From Propionibacteriales bacterium (GTDB taxonomy: Bacteria; Actinomycetota; Actinomycetes; Propionibacteriales; Nocardioidaceae), in the NCBI GenBank assembly GCA_038214475.1, contig JBBQRV010000001.1, positions 1 to 58,057 of the forward strand: 58,057 bases of DNA. The letters run 5' to 3'. A model generated the notes under the pieces. It saw only the letters and a list, made by a program, of their open reading frames with translations, ran no database searches and was not told where the DNA came from. Positions within the stretch are counted from its first letter, which is position 1. Every line of letters begins with the position of its first letter. The position numbers and the translations under genes are program-made. This document shows, one piece after another, positions 26,275 through 35,588 of the stretch.

Positions 26275-27929
26275 CAGCGGAACCGGCCCGCCACGTAGGC
26301 GGTGTCGGTGTACGACGCGTTCGCGGCCGGGTTCGCCCCGGTGCCGTGGAAGTCGGAGTACGCCGCCGACTGGTTCACGAACACCCTGCCGGTGAGGTTC
26401 TCCGACAGCGCCACCCCAGCGTCGAGGGCAGCCTCACGCACCTGCTCGACCACCTGCGCGGAGCGCGAGTAGACCGCCGCCGTCATCGCCCCGTGCCGCT
26501 GCACGGTGTCGCGGAACAGCTCGATCGACGCGTCGGTGCCGTCGGTGCCGATCAGGTAGCCGACCGGCCCGAAGCACTCCTGCTCGTAGACCTCCGTGTC
26601 GTCGGCCGACAGCCCGATCAGGGTCGGCGTGCGCACCGTGGCGTCCGGGAACGTGGGGTGGGCGACCGTGCGGCTGACGACGTACACCTCGCCCTGGGTG
26701 CGTGACGCCTCGAGGCGCTCCAGCACACCGGTGTTGACCACGCCGCCGAGCAGCTCCACGGCGCGGGCGTCGTCGCCGAGCAGGGTGTCGAGGGCCGCGC
26801 CGATGCCGGCAGCCACCTCGGCGGGGGTCCGGTTCCCCTCGTCGGTCTCGATGCCCGCCCGGGGCAGGTAGACGTTCTGGGGGGCCGTGCACATCTGGCC
26901 CGTGTAGAGCGCGAACGAGAACGCCAGGTTCCGGCACATCGCACCGAAGTCGTCGGTCGAGTCGAGCACGATGGTGTTCACCCCGGCCTTCTCCGTGAAC
27001 ACCGTCGCCTGGCGGGCATGCTCCTCCAGCCAGTCGCCGAAGGCGTTGCCGCCGGTGAAGTCGACCAGCCGCACCGCCGGGTGGGTGGCCAGGGTCGCGG
27101 CCAGCCGGTCGTCGGGCTCCTCGGCGGCCAGCGTGACCAGGTCTGCGGGGAACCCGGCCTCGGTGAGCACCTCACGGCACACCTGCACGGTGATGGCGAG
27201 CGGCAGCACGGCTCCCGGATGCGGCTTGACGATCACCGGGTTGCCGGTGGCCAGGGAGGCGAACAGCCCCGGCCAGGAGTTCCAGGTCGGGAAGGTGTTG
27301 CAGCCGATCACCAGTGCCAGGCCGCGCGGCACGGCGGTGAAGGTCTTCTCCATCCGCAGCGGTCCGCCGCGGCCGGGCTTCTCCCACAGGGCGGTGGCCG
27401 GCACCCGGACCATCTCCGCGTGCGCGTAGGTCACCGCCTCGAGGGCCCGGTCGAGCGCGTGCGCACCACCGGCCTGGAAGGCCATCACGAAGGCCTGGCC
27501 ACTGGTGTGCTGGACCGCGCCTGCCAGCTCGAAGATCCGGGCGTGCAGCCGGTCGAGGACCTCCAGGCAGACGCCCACGCGCGCCTGCGGACCGGCATCG
27601 CGCCACACCCGCAGGCCCGCACCCGCCGCGGCGGTCAGCGCCTCGACGTCGGTGACCCGTGGGTAGGTGGTGCCGAGGTCGAAGCCGTACGGCGACCGCT
27701 CGCCCGCGACCCGTCCCTGCGCGCCGGGCGTCTCCAGCGGGAAGTCGGTGTCACGCCACGCCTCGAAGGCGGCGCGCCCGTCGGCCGCCGCGCTCTCGCC
27801 GTAGACCCGTGGCGACGGGGACTCGTCGAAGGCGGAGTAGTACGACCGGTCGGCGCAGGCGGCGCTCGCCCGGTCGAGACGGTCTCGGTGCTTGTCGAAC
27901 ATGGCGGCGGCGCTGCCCAGATCAGTCAT
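26247..27929 (-). CDS. paaN: Phenylacetate degradation protein PaaN (aldehyde dehydrogenase fold)
   Basis: ESPSPRVYGE, MAFQAGGAHALDRALEA, IGCNTFPTWN, FTEKAGVN, YTGQMCT, SDFHGTGANPAAN. Confidence 0.9.
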   Translation of the reverse strand: MTDLGSAAAMFDKHRDRLDRASAACADRSYYSAFDESPSPRVYGESAAADGRAAFEAWRDTDFPLETPGAQGRVAGERSPYGFDLGTTYPRVTDVEALTAAAGAGLRVWRDAGPQARVGVCLEVLDRLHARIFELAGAVQHTSGQAFVMAFQAGGAHALDRALEAVTYAHAEMVRVPATALWEKPGRGGPLRMEKTFTAVPRGLALVIGCNTFPTWNSWPGLFASLATGNPVIVKPHPGAVLPLAITVQVCREVLTEAGFPADLVTLAAEEPDDRLAATLATHPAVRLVDFTGGNAFGDWLEEHARQATVFTEKAGVNTIVLDSTDDFGAMCRNLAFSFALYTGQMCTAPQNVYLPRAGIETDEGNRTPAEVAAGIGAALDTLLGDDARAVELLGGVVNTGVLERLEASRTQGEVYVVSRTVAHPTFPDATVRTPTLIGLSADDTEVYEQECFGPVGYLIGTDGTDASIELFRDTVQRHGAMTAAVYSRSAQVVEQVREAALDAGVALSENLTGRVFVNQSAAYSDFHGTGANPAANASYTDTAYVAGRFRWVQSRRHVE

Positions 27930-27986
27930 GTGCCCACCTTCGCCTCCGGGCCCCGGCGAGGCAAGCCGGGCCGTTACGGTGGTCCC

Positions 27987-28658
27987 GTGCAACGGGGAGA
28001 GCGCGGTGCGGTCGCGGCCCGGCTCGCGGTGGTCGTCGCCGGGCTGCTGGCCGGCGCCGGCCTCGGCTATGCCGCCGCCGGGGCCGAGCGGACCGTGCCC
28101 ACCGAGATTGCGCTGGCCCGGCCGTTCCCGGCGGCGTCACCGTCGGTGCCGACCGACCCGCCGATCACCACCGTCGCCGACCCCACGCAGTACGCGCCCC
28201 TCGGCACCGACCTCGACTTCGTGCGCAGGCGCGTCGGCGTCGAGCCGAACCGGTGGATCTACGACGTGCCCCGGGGCTGGGAGCCGGCCGAGGAGCAGCC
28301 CGACGGGGTCCGCTGGACGCTCCCGGGCAACCCGGTCTTCACCTACTCGATGCGGGTCGCGATCATCGACAACCTCCCGATCACCACCGCCCAGACCGCG
28401 GTCAACCGGCGCGACAACGTGCGCGGGCTCGAGGGCTACCAGCAGCTGGCCCTCACCGACAACGACCTGCAGTTCACCTACGTGCTCGACCAGCACGCCC
28501 GCTACCAGAACTCCTACTGGATCAGCGAGCCCCGCTCCGACCGCACCGCTTTCGAGATCACCGTCTCGGGGCGGCTCTCGGACCGCGAGGGCCTCGACGC
28601 GCTGCTGGAGCACCTGGTGGCCAGCACCCACCGCACGGTCACCTCCGGGGGATCCTGA
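27987..28658 (+). CDS. Hypothetical secreted/membrane-anchored protein (PsbP/DcrB-like fold possible)
   Basis: TACGGT -10 six nt before GTG; hydrophobic N-terminus; YDVPRGW motif; coding-like codon usage. Confidence 0.7.
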   Translation: MQRGERGAVAARLAVVVAGLLAGAGLGYAAAGAERTVPTEIALARPFPAASPSVPTDPPITTVADPTQYAPLGTDLDFVRRRVGVEPNRWIYDVPRGWEPAEEQPDGVRWTLPGNPVFTYSMRVAIIDNLPITTAQTAVNRRDNVRGLEGYQQLALTDNDLQFTYVLDQHARYQNSYWISEPRSDRTAFEITVSGRLSDREGLDALLEHLVASTHRTVTSGGS

Positions 28659-29142
28659 GCTCCTGACCCGGCACGATCAGGTCGGGGTTCTCCAGGTTGT
28701 TCAGTCGCACCAGCTCGTGCCACGCGACGCCGTGCCGCACGGCGACGTCGCTGAGGGTGTCGCCGTCGAGGACGGTGCAGGTCTCGAACTCGCGGGCCGC
28801 GTGCCGGGCGGCCTGGCGAGCGTCCTCGACGACCGGCCCGATTCCCGCGCCGATTCCCAGGCCGATTCCCAGGCCGGCTCCCGGGCGGGCCTCCGGCCGG
28901 TCCGCGTGCCGCGCCTCGTGCCGGGTCTCCTCGCGGGCCTCCTGGCGCTGGGTGCGCGCCTGCTCGCGGGCCTCCTGGCGCTGGACCCTGGCCGCCTCGC
29001 GCTCGTCCTTGTCGAGGTGCGGCGCCGCGTGCGCGCCCCCTACGGCAGACGTCGCGCTGGGCGGCGCCTCGGCGGGCTCCGCTGCCTGGTCCTCGTCGTC
29101 GCCCGACCCGAAGGTGTCCTTGAGCCTGTCGAAGATCCCCAT
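28639..29142 (-). CDS. LysM domain protein with amphipathic N-terminus
   Basis: MGIFDRLKDTFG; C-terminal TVLDGDTLSDVAVRHG..LVRLNNLENPDLIVPGQELRIP. Confidence 0.88.
   Translation of the reverse strand: MGIFDRLKDTFGSGDDEDQAAEPAEAPPSATSAVGGAHAAPHLDKDEREAARVQRQEAREQARTQRQEAREETRHEARHADRPEARPGAGLGIGLGIGAGIGPVVEDARQAARHAAREFETCTVLDGDTLSDVAVRHGVAWHELVRLNNLENPDLIVPGQELRIPRR
28840..28984 (-). repeat. 12-bp (GLGI) x3 and 33-bp-period (QRQEARE) x2 repeats within the LysM gene
   Basis: GATTCCC(GC/AG)GCC at 28840, 28852 and 28864; CTCGCGGGCCTCCTGGCGCTGG at 28930 and 28963. Confidence 0.75.
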
Positions 29143-29256
29143 CGCCGTCCCTCTCTCCGCCCTGTCAGGTGCGGCCGGGCCGCGCAGGCCCAGAGAGTCG
29201 ACACCTCTCATGAGGTTAGGTCATCGATGTGACCCAGGTCATCCGACACGGCGCCG

Positions 29257-30723
29257 TCAGAGCCCGTGCGTCTCGACCGCGTCGAGGACCCGGTTGGCGG
29301 TCGCCCGGTCGGTGCTGCGCACCTGCACCCAGAGCAGCCGGTTCTCGGCGACCCGCACCACCCGCTCGACGACCACGTCGGGGCACCGGGTGTGCACCTG
29401 GGTCATCGAGCGCTGGAGGTCGTTGCGCACCACGTCGTCGAGCCGCTGGCACTCGGGGTGTCCGGGCAGCTCCTGGGGGAGCTTGCCGGCGGGAAGGAGG
29501 CCCAGGAACACCCCGGAGCCGCCCTCCTCGCCGACCGCGAGCGCGGCGTACTCGGCCTTCTGGCCGGGCGGCGTCCACCCACCCCGCGCCACCTCGATGT
29601 CCCACGAACGGGGGACCTCGACAGACAGGCTCCCCCGCTCGTCGCTCACGGTGACATAGGGGTCGCCCTGCCGGGCGAGGGTGTACGTCGTGGCCGCGCC
29701 CGCGCCGACGGCCAGCAGCGCCACCGCGACCAGCGGCCAGCGCCGACGACGACGCGGCGGCACCGGGTCGCCCACGTCGGTGGCGGAGTGCTCGACGGAC
29801 GGCCGGCCCGGCCCGGGCGCGGGCTGCGGCGAGGGGCGGGCACCCACGGCGGTCAGCTCGGGGTCGCGCAGGTCGCGCGGTTGGGCCCCCGGCAGGTGCT
29901 GGCCGGACACCGCCGCCTCGAGGGCGCTCACGTAGGCGCTCACGTCGGGCCAGCGGTCCTCCCTGTCGGTGGCCAGGGCACGGGCCACGACCTGCTCGAC
30001 CGGCGCGGGGAAGGGCCGGTCCGCCGTGCCCAGCGGCGGTGCGGCAGGCGGTGCGGCCGCCGCGGTCAGGGTGGCGTGCTGGTACGGCGGCCGCCCGGTG
30101 AGCACCAGGTAGGTGAGGGCACCCAGGGAGAACTGGTCGGCGCGCGCGTCGAGGGCCTCGCCGCGGGCTTGCTCGGGCGCCACGAACGAGGGTGTTCCCG
30201 CGATCATGGTGAGCCGCGAGGACATGTCCAGGGACTTGCCCAGGCCGAGGTCGCCCAGCATCGCCCGCACCTGGCCGTCGCCGCGGGAGTCGTCGCTGCG
30301 GAAGAGCACGTTCTGCGGCTTCACGTCGCGGTGCAGCACGTCGCGCCGGTGCAGCGCGGTCAGCCCGTCGCCCACCTGGCGGATGATGTCGATGCCCTGC
30401 TCGGGCGAGATCGGGCCCTCCTCGAGCCGCTCCGCCAGCGTCCCCTGGTCGGCATAGGTCATCACCAGGTAGGGGCGGCCGTCCTCGAGTTCGCCGGCGT
30501 CGTGGACGCCGACGACGTGCGGCGTGTCGACCTTGCGCAGGAACCGGCCCTCCTCGACGAAGCGGCGGCGCACGTGGGAGTCCTCGGTCCAGTTGTCGGC
30601 GAGCACCTTGATCGCGACCGGCGAGTCGAGCTGCTCGTCGTAGGCGAGCCAGACGGTGGCGAAACCGCCCGCGCCGATGCGGCGTCTGACGACGTAGCGA
30701 CCTAGGCGCACTGGAAGGGACAC
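29257..30723 (-). CDS. Hanks-type Ser/Thr protein kinase with TM and extracellular domain
   Basis: IGAGGFATVW, VAIK, HRDVKPQNV, DLGLG, GTPSFVAPE; TM WPLVAVALLAVGAGAA. CATAAT -10 six nt before GTG. Confidence 0.93.
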   Translation of the reverse strand: MSLPVRLGRYVVRRRIGAGGFATVWLAYDEQLDSPVAIKVLADNWTEDSHVRRRFVEEGRFLRKVDTPHVVGVHDAGELEDGRPYLVMTYADQGTLAERLEEGPISPEQGIDIIRQVGDGLTALHRRDVLHRDVKPQNVLFRSDDSRGDGQVRAMLGDLGLGKSLDMSSRLTMIAGTPSFVAPEQARGEALDARADQFSLGALTYLVLTGRPPYQHATLTAAAAPPAAPPLGTADRPFPAPVEQVVARALATDREDRWPDVSAYVSALEAAVSGQHLPGAQPRDLRDPELTAVGARPSPQPAPGPGRPSVEHSATDVGDPVPPRRRRRWPLVAVALLAVGAGAATTYTLARQGDPYVTVSDERGSLSVEVPRSWDIEVARGGWTPPGQKAEYAALAVGEEGGSGVFLGLLPAGKLPQELPGHPECQRLDDVVRNDLQRSMTQVHTRCPDVVVERVVRVAENRLLWVQVRSTDRATANRVLDAVETHGL

Positions 30724-30765
30724 CCCTGCATTATGTTGCAGAGGACACACGGGGAGAGCACACGC

Positions 30766-31341
30766 ATGGCTGACGACGCAACGACCGCACCCACACCTGA
30801 CGAGATCGACGCCCTGGCACTGGCCGCCCGCGACGGCGATGCCCAGGCCCTCGACGACCTGATCCGGCTGGTCCGGCCGCGGGTGCTGAACATCTGTCGG
30901 GGGGTGCTGCCGTTCAACCCGGACGCCGAGGACGCCTGCCAGGAGGCGCTGCTCAACATCAGCCGCAAGATCGGCGGGTTCCGGGGCACCGCACGCTTCA
31001 CGACCTGGCTGCACACGGTGGCGGTCAACAGCGCGCGCTCGACGTACCGCCGGATGAAGAACCAGGCCTCGCCGCACTGGTCCGGCGACGACGCCCACCT
31101 CGAGCGCCCCGACCCACGCACCACCAGCGTGATCGCCGGCACCCGGCTCGACCTGCTGGAGGCGATGGACATCCTGGAGCGCGACCACCCGGCGTTCGTG
31201 ACGCCGCTGCTGCTGAGGGACGTCTACGGTTTGACCTACCAGGAGATCGCCGCACAGACCGACGCACCCCTGGGCACCGTGAAGTCGCAGGTGCACGACG
31301 GGCGGCGACTGGTGCGCCCGCTGTTGCGGGTGTCCGAGTGA
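30766..31341 (+). CDS. ECF RNA polymerase sigma factor
   Basis: DAEDACQEALL, ARFTTWLHTVAVN, GLTYQEIA..PLGTVKSQVHDGR. Confidence 0.93.
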   Translation: MADDATTAPTPDEIDALALAARDGDAQALDDLIRLVRPRVLNICRGVLPFNPDAEDACQEALLNISRKIGGFRGTARFTTWLHTVAVNSARSTYRRMKNQASPHWSGDDAHLERPDPRTTSVIAGTRLDLLEAMDILERDHPAFVTPLLLRDVYGLTYQEIAAQTDAPLGTVKSQVHDGRRLVRPLLRVSE

Positions 31342-31808
31342 TCCTGCGCCCGGTAGAGGCCCGCGACCACGGCTTCGTGCTCGACCTCAACACCCGCCAC
31401 CAGCACCTCACCGCACCCATGGACCGGGCCCGGCTGGCGGCACTGCTCGGCTGGTCGGCGCGCGCGGACGTGATCGACGTCGACGGCGAGCGGGCCGGCT
31501 TCGTGCTCACCTTCCTGCCGGGCACCGCCTACGACTCGGCCAGCTACCGCGAGTTCGACCGGCGCTTCGACGAGTTCACCTACCTGGACCGGATCGTGAT
31601 CCACCCGGCGTTCCAGCGCCGCGGGCTGGGCAGCGCCGTCTACGACGAGCTCGAGACTGCGGCCGGGGTGCGACTGGTGCTCGAGGTGAACATCGACCCG
31701 CCCAACGAGCCGTCGCTGGCCTTCCACCGGGCCCGCGGCTTCGTCGCGGTCGCGGAGTTCGGGCCCGAGGACCACCGGGTGCTGCAGCTGACCAAGGAGC
31801 TGGCCTGA
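31338..31808 (+). CDS. GNAT-family acetyltransferase
   Basis: YLDRIVI..QRRGLGSAVY, NEPSLAFHRARGF. Confidence 0.9.
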   Translation: MILRPVEARDHGFVLDLNTRHQHLTAPMDRARLAALLGWSARADVIDVDGERAGFVLTFLPGTAYDSASYREFDRRFDEFTYLDRIVIHPAFQRRGLGSAVYDELETAAGVRLVLEVNIDPPNEPSLAFHRARGFVAVAEFGPEDHRVLQLTKELA

Positions 31809-31809
31809 G

Positions 31810-33264
31810 ATGAGCCGCCGACTTCTGGCGCTGCTGGCCGGCCTGGTCGCCCTGGTGGCCGTGGTGGCCATCTCGACGGTGGTCGTCCTCGGCCTGCGCG
31901 ACAGCCCGCCGGGCTCGTCCAGCGGCCCGGTCGAGGACCCCGGCGACCCGGCCTGGGACGTCGCGGTCAGCACTCCGGTCGAGGACAGCTACTACCCCGA
32001 CCACGGCGACCCCGGTGTCGATGCACTGCACTACGGGCTCGACCTCACCTGGGAGCCCGACACCGCCACCCTCAGCGGCACCGCGAACCTGGTGCTGAGG
32101 GCCACCACGGCCGCCGACCACCTCCAGCTCGACCTGCTCGACGCGCTCCGGGTCAGCCGGGTCGAGGTCGACGGCACCGAGGCGTCGTACGTGCAGGGCG
32201 ACCAGCACCTGGTGGTGTCCACCGACGTGGTCGCGGACCAGCGGCTCCTGGTGCGGGTGGTCTACGCGGGCACACCCGCCCCGGTGAGCGCCCCGACCGT
32301 CCGCGCGGACGTGCCCACCATCGGCATGAACGTCACCGCGACCGGTGAGCTGTGGACCATGCAGGAGCCGTACGGCGCCTTCACCTGGTACCCCGTCAAC
32401 GACCAGCCCTCCGACAAGGCGCTCTACGACGTCACCGTGCGCACTCCCTCCGACTGGGTGGGCGTGTCGAACGGCGTGCTCGAGTCGCGGCGCACCGACG
32501 ACGGCCACACCGTGACCCGCTGGCACCTCGACCAGCCGGCGGCGTCGTACCTCACCACGCTGGCGGTCGGTGACTACGTGGAGACCACGGCGACCTCGCC
32601 CAGCGGCGTTCCGCTCAGCTACTGGACCCACCGCGGCGACGACCGGGCGCGCGCCGCGCTCGCGGCCACGCCGCGGATCATGGCGTGGAACGAGGCCCAC
32701 CTCGGGCCCTACCCGTTCGCCTCGCTGGGCATCGTCGTGGTCGACTCCGAGTCGGGCATGGAGACCCAGACCATGATCACCCTCGGCGACACCGGCTACG
32801 CGCTGTCGGCCCCGGTGGTCGAGCACGAGCTGACCCACCAGTGGTACGGCGACCTGGTCACGCCCACCGACTGGCGCGACCTGTGGATGAACGAGGGCCT
32901 GACGATGTTCGTGCAGGGGGTCTACCAGGCCCACACGGACGGCACGTCGATCGACGCCGTGATGCAGCAGTGGTCGGCATTCGACGCCCAGCTCCGGCAG
33001 GCGTCCGGGCCTCCCGGCGCCTACGACCCGGGCCAGTTCGGCGAGGGCAACGTCTACTACAGCCCGGCCCTGATGTGGAACCAGCTCCGGCACCGGGTGG
33101 GCGACCAGGAGTTCTGGTCACTGGTCCGCGCCTGGCCCGCCGAGCACGCGGGCGAGAGCGTCACCCGAGCCCAGTACTACGCCTGGCTGGAGGACCGCAC
33201 GGGGCTGCGGCTGCGCGGCTTCTTCCGGGCATGGATCATGGGTGCCACCACGCCGCAGTCCTGA
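31810..33264 (+). CDS. M1-family zinc aminopeptidase, secreted/anchored
   Basis: SGMET, HELTHQWYGD..LWMNEG, WYPVNDQPSDKA. Confidence 0.92.
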   Translation: MSRRLLALLAGLVALVAVVAISTVVVLGLRDSPPGSSSGPVEDPGDPAWDVAVSTPVEDSYYPDHGDPGVDALHYGLDLTWEPDTATLSGTANLVLRATTAADHLQLDLLDALRVSRVEVDGTEASYVQGDQHLVVSTDVVADQRLLVRVVYAGTPAPVSAPTVRADVPTIGMNVTATGELWTMQEPYGAFTWYPVNDQPSDKALYDVTVRTPSDWVGVSNGVLESRRTDDGHTVTRWHLDQPAASYLTTLAVGDYVETTATSPSGVPLSYWTHRGDDRARAALAATPRIMAWNEAHLGPYPFASLGIVVVDSESGMETQTMITLGDTGYALSAPVVEHELTHQWYGDLVTPTDWRDLWMNEGLTMFVQGVYQAHTDGTSIDAVMQQWSAFDAQLRQASGPPGAYDPGQFGEGNVYYSPALMWNQLRHRVGDQEFWSLVRAWPAEHAGESVTRAQYYAWLEDRTGLRLRGFFRAWIMGATTPQS

Positions 33265-33274
33265 GGAGGACCAG

Positions 33275-34030
33275 ATGACGCGCACCGCAGTCGTGACCGG
33301 AGCCAGCAGCGGGATCGGCGCCGCCACCGCACGCCGGCTCGCCGCCGACGGCTTCCACGTGGTCGCGGTGGCCCGGCGCCGGGAGCGCCTCGACGCGCTG
33401 GTCGCCGAGATCGGCGGCACCGCGGTCGGCTGCGACACCACCGACGCCGACCAGGTGGCCGCCCTCGCCGGCGCCGTCGGTGAACGCCTCGACGTGCTGG
33501 TCAACAACGCCGGCGGGGCGCTCGGCGCCGACCCGGTCGCCCGGGCCGCACCGTCGGACTGGCAGGCGATGTTCGACGTGAACGTGCTCGGCACCCTGCG
33601 GGTGACCCAGGCGCTGTTGCCGGCCCTGGTCGCGAGCGGCGACGGGCTGGTGGTCAACCTGACCTCGACGGCGGCCCACGAGGCCTACGCCAACGGCAGC
33701 GGCTACACCGTCAGCAAGGCCGGCGTCTCGGTGCTCACCCGGATGCTGCGCCAGGAGATCCTCGGGCAGCCGGTGCGGGTCACCGAGCTGGCGCCCGGGA
33801 TGGTGGCGACCGAGGAGTTCGGGCTGGTCCGGTTCGGCGGCGACCAGGCCCGGCGCGACGCGACGTACGCCGGTGTGCCCGGACCGCTGGTCGCCGCGGA
33901 CGTGGCCGACACCGTGGGCTGGATCGCCGGTCTGCCCTGGCACGTCAACGTCGACCTGCTGGTGCTCAAGCCCCGCGACCAGGCCAGCCAGTACCAGATC
34001 AACCGGGTGGACCCGACCGAGGAGAGCTGA
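33275..34030 (+). CDS. SDR oxidoreductase (YdfG-like)
   Basis: VTGASSGIG, LVNNAG, YTVSK, ELAPGMVATEEF; GAGGAGG RBS. Confidence 0.92.
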   Translation: MTRTAVVTGASSGIGAATARRLAADGFHVVAVARRRERLDALVAEIGGTAVGCDTTDADQVAALAGAVGERLDVLVNNAGGALGADPVARAAPSDWQAMFDVNVLGTLRVTQALLPALVASGDGLVVNLTSTAAHEAYANGSGYTVSKAGVSVLTRMLRQEILGQPVRVTELAPGMVATEEFGLVRFGGDQARRDATYAGVPGPLVAADVADTVGWIAGLPWHVNVDLLVLKPRDQASQYQINRVDPTEES

Positions 34031-34449
34031 TGGACCTGAGGCTCGCCCTGGCGTTGCGCGACGCGGGCGTCGGGTGGACACCCCGGGTGGGCGACCGGTT
34101 CGCGGTGCCCGACCGCGACCTCGACGACGAGGTGTTCGTGCTCAGCGACATGGTCGTCGAGCTCCGCGACACGCCGTCGGGCGACGTCCTCGCCTTCAAC
34201 GGCACCACGGAGTGGGCGCTGGACAGCCTGGAGGCCGACGCCGCGGTGTGGCTGCCCCGGGAGGACCAGCTGCGCGAGCTGCTCGGGGACGCCCTGGTGT
34301 CGCTGGAGCGACTCGACGGCGGTGACGCGCCCGCCGGCTGGGTGGTCACGGTCGGGGTGGCCGGCGCTCGGGAGCGGCACGTCGAGGTGAGTGTCGAGGC
34401 GGCGTACGCACGCGCGGTGCTGGCGGTCCTGGCGGCCCTCGGCCGCTGA
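34030..34449 (+). CDS. Conserved actinobacterial hypothetical protein
   Basis: TGATG coupling; GDRF.., FNGTTEWALDS, WLPREDQLRELL. Confidence 0.8.
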   Translation: MDLRLALALRDAGVGWTPRVGDRFAVPDRDLDDEVFVLSDMVVELRDTPSGDVLAFNGTTEWALDSLEADAAVWLPREDQLRELLGDALVSLERLDGGDAPAGWVVTVGVAGARERHVEVSVEAAYARAVLAVLAALGR

Positions 34450-34521
34450 AGGGTTTGCGCCCAGAGCGATATCGGGACCCCGGGGCTTGCCGCCCGGTCC
34501 GGAGTCGGGTTCGGTGGCCGG

Positions 34522-35493
34522 ATGAGACTCCTCGTGCTGGGTGGCACCGTGTTCCTGTCCCGCGCCGTCGCGGTGGCCGCGGCGGGTCGCGGCCACGACG
34601 TCACGATCGCCTGCCGCGGCGAGTCGGGGACGCCGCCGGAGGGGGTCCGGCACCTCGCCCTCGACCGGGCCGCCGGACCACCGCCTCCGGGCGAGTGGGA
34701 CGCCGTCGTCGACGTCGCGCGGCTGCCCTCGTGGGTGCGCGCGGCCCTCACCGTCGTGCCCGACGCGCACTGGGTGTTCGTCTCGACGATCAACGTCTAC
34801 CCCGACACCGGCACGCCGGGTGCGAGCCCTGCCGCCCTGGCCCTGCACCCGCCGATGACCACCGATCGCGACCTGGCCGAGGACCCGGAGGCCTACGGGC
34901 CGATGAAGGTCGCCTGCGAGCAGCTGGTCGAGTCGGGGTCGTCGTCCTCGATGGGGGTGCGTCCCGGACTGGTCGTGGGCCCCGGCGACCCGTCGGGGCG
35001 GTTCACCTACTGGCCGTGGCGGCTGGCCCGGCCCGGACCGGTGCTCGCGCCGGGCAGCCCCGTCGACCCGGTGCAGGTGGTCGACGTACGCGACCTGGCC
35101 GAGTGGCTCGTGGACAGCGCGGAGCAGCGCCGTACCGGCACCTACGACGGGGTCGGACCCGTGCAGCGGCGCGGTGACCTGCTCGCCGAGGTGGCCGCCG
35201 GCGTGGGCGTGCAGCAGCCGGACCTGGTCTGGGCCGACCAGCAGTTCCTGCTCGACCACACGGTGCAGCCGTGGGCCGGTCCCCGCTCGCTGCCGCTGTG
35301 GCTCCCGCTCCCCGAGTACGACGGCCTGATGACCCACGACGCCGACCTGCCCCGTGCGGCCGGTCTGCGCACCCGGCCCGTCTCCGAGACCGCGCGGGAC
35401 ACCCTGGCGTGGCTGGCGGACCACCCGGAGGCACCCGTCGCCGGGCTGACGCAGGAGGAGGAGACCGAGCTGCTGGACGCGCTCCGCGCCTGA
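34522..35493 (+). CDS. NAD-dependent epimerase/dehydratase (atypical SDR)
   Basis: LVLGGTVFLS, FVSTINVY, YGPMKVACE, RPGLVVGPGD..RFTYW. Confidence 0.9.
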   Translation: MRLLVLGGTVFLSRAVAVAAAGRGHDVTIACRGESGTPPEGVRHLALDRAAGPPPPGEWDAVVDVARLPSWVRAALTVVPDAHWVFVSTINVYPDTGTPGASPAALALHPPMTTDRDLAEDPEAYGPMKVACEQLVESGSSSSMGVRPGLVVGPGDPSGRFTYWPWRLARPGPVLAPGSPVDPVQVVDVRDLAEWLVDSAEQRRTGTYDGVGPVQRRGDLLAEVAAGVGVQQPDLVWADQQFLLDHTVQPWAGPRSLPLWLPLPEYDGLMTHDADLPRAAGLRTRPVSETARDTLAWLADHPEAPVAGLTQEEETELLDALRA

Positions 35494-35519
35494 GCGCCTG
35501 AGTGAGCGCCTGAGTGAGC
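35476..35519 (+). repeat. Left copy of 20-bp direct repeat plus 12-bp tandem duplication
   Basis: GACGCGCTCCGCGCCTGAGC 35476-35495; TGAGCGCCTGAG x2 (35491-35514) then TGAGC. Confidence 0.75.
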
Positions 35520-35588
35520 CCGGGCCAGCGCCGAGATGTACCCCTCTGGGTGGATTCCGGGCCGGTCCGGTTCCGTAGGGTGCGGGGA

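Noticed and set aside
34030-34449. Pilus assembly protein CpaE label sometimes attached to this family
   Set aside because: No receiver or ATPase motifs and no tad genes in the window.
8745-35519. CRISPR-like arrays at the short repeats (8745, 28840, 35491)
   Set aside because: These are 12-bp tandem units without unique spacers, mostly in-frame coding linkers; no cas genes.
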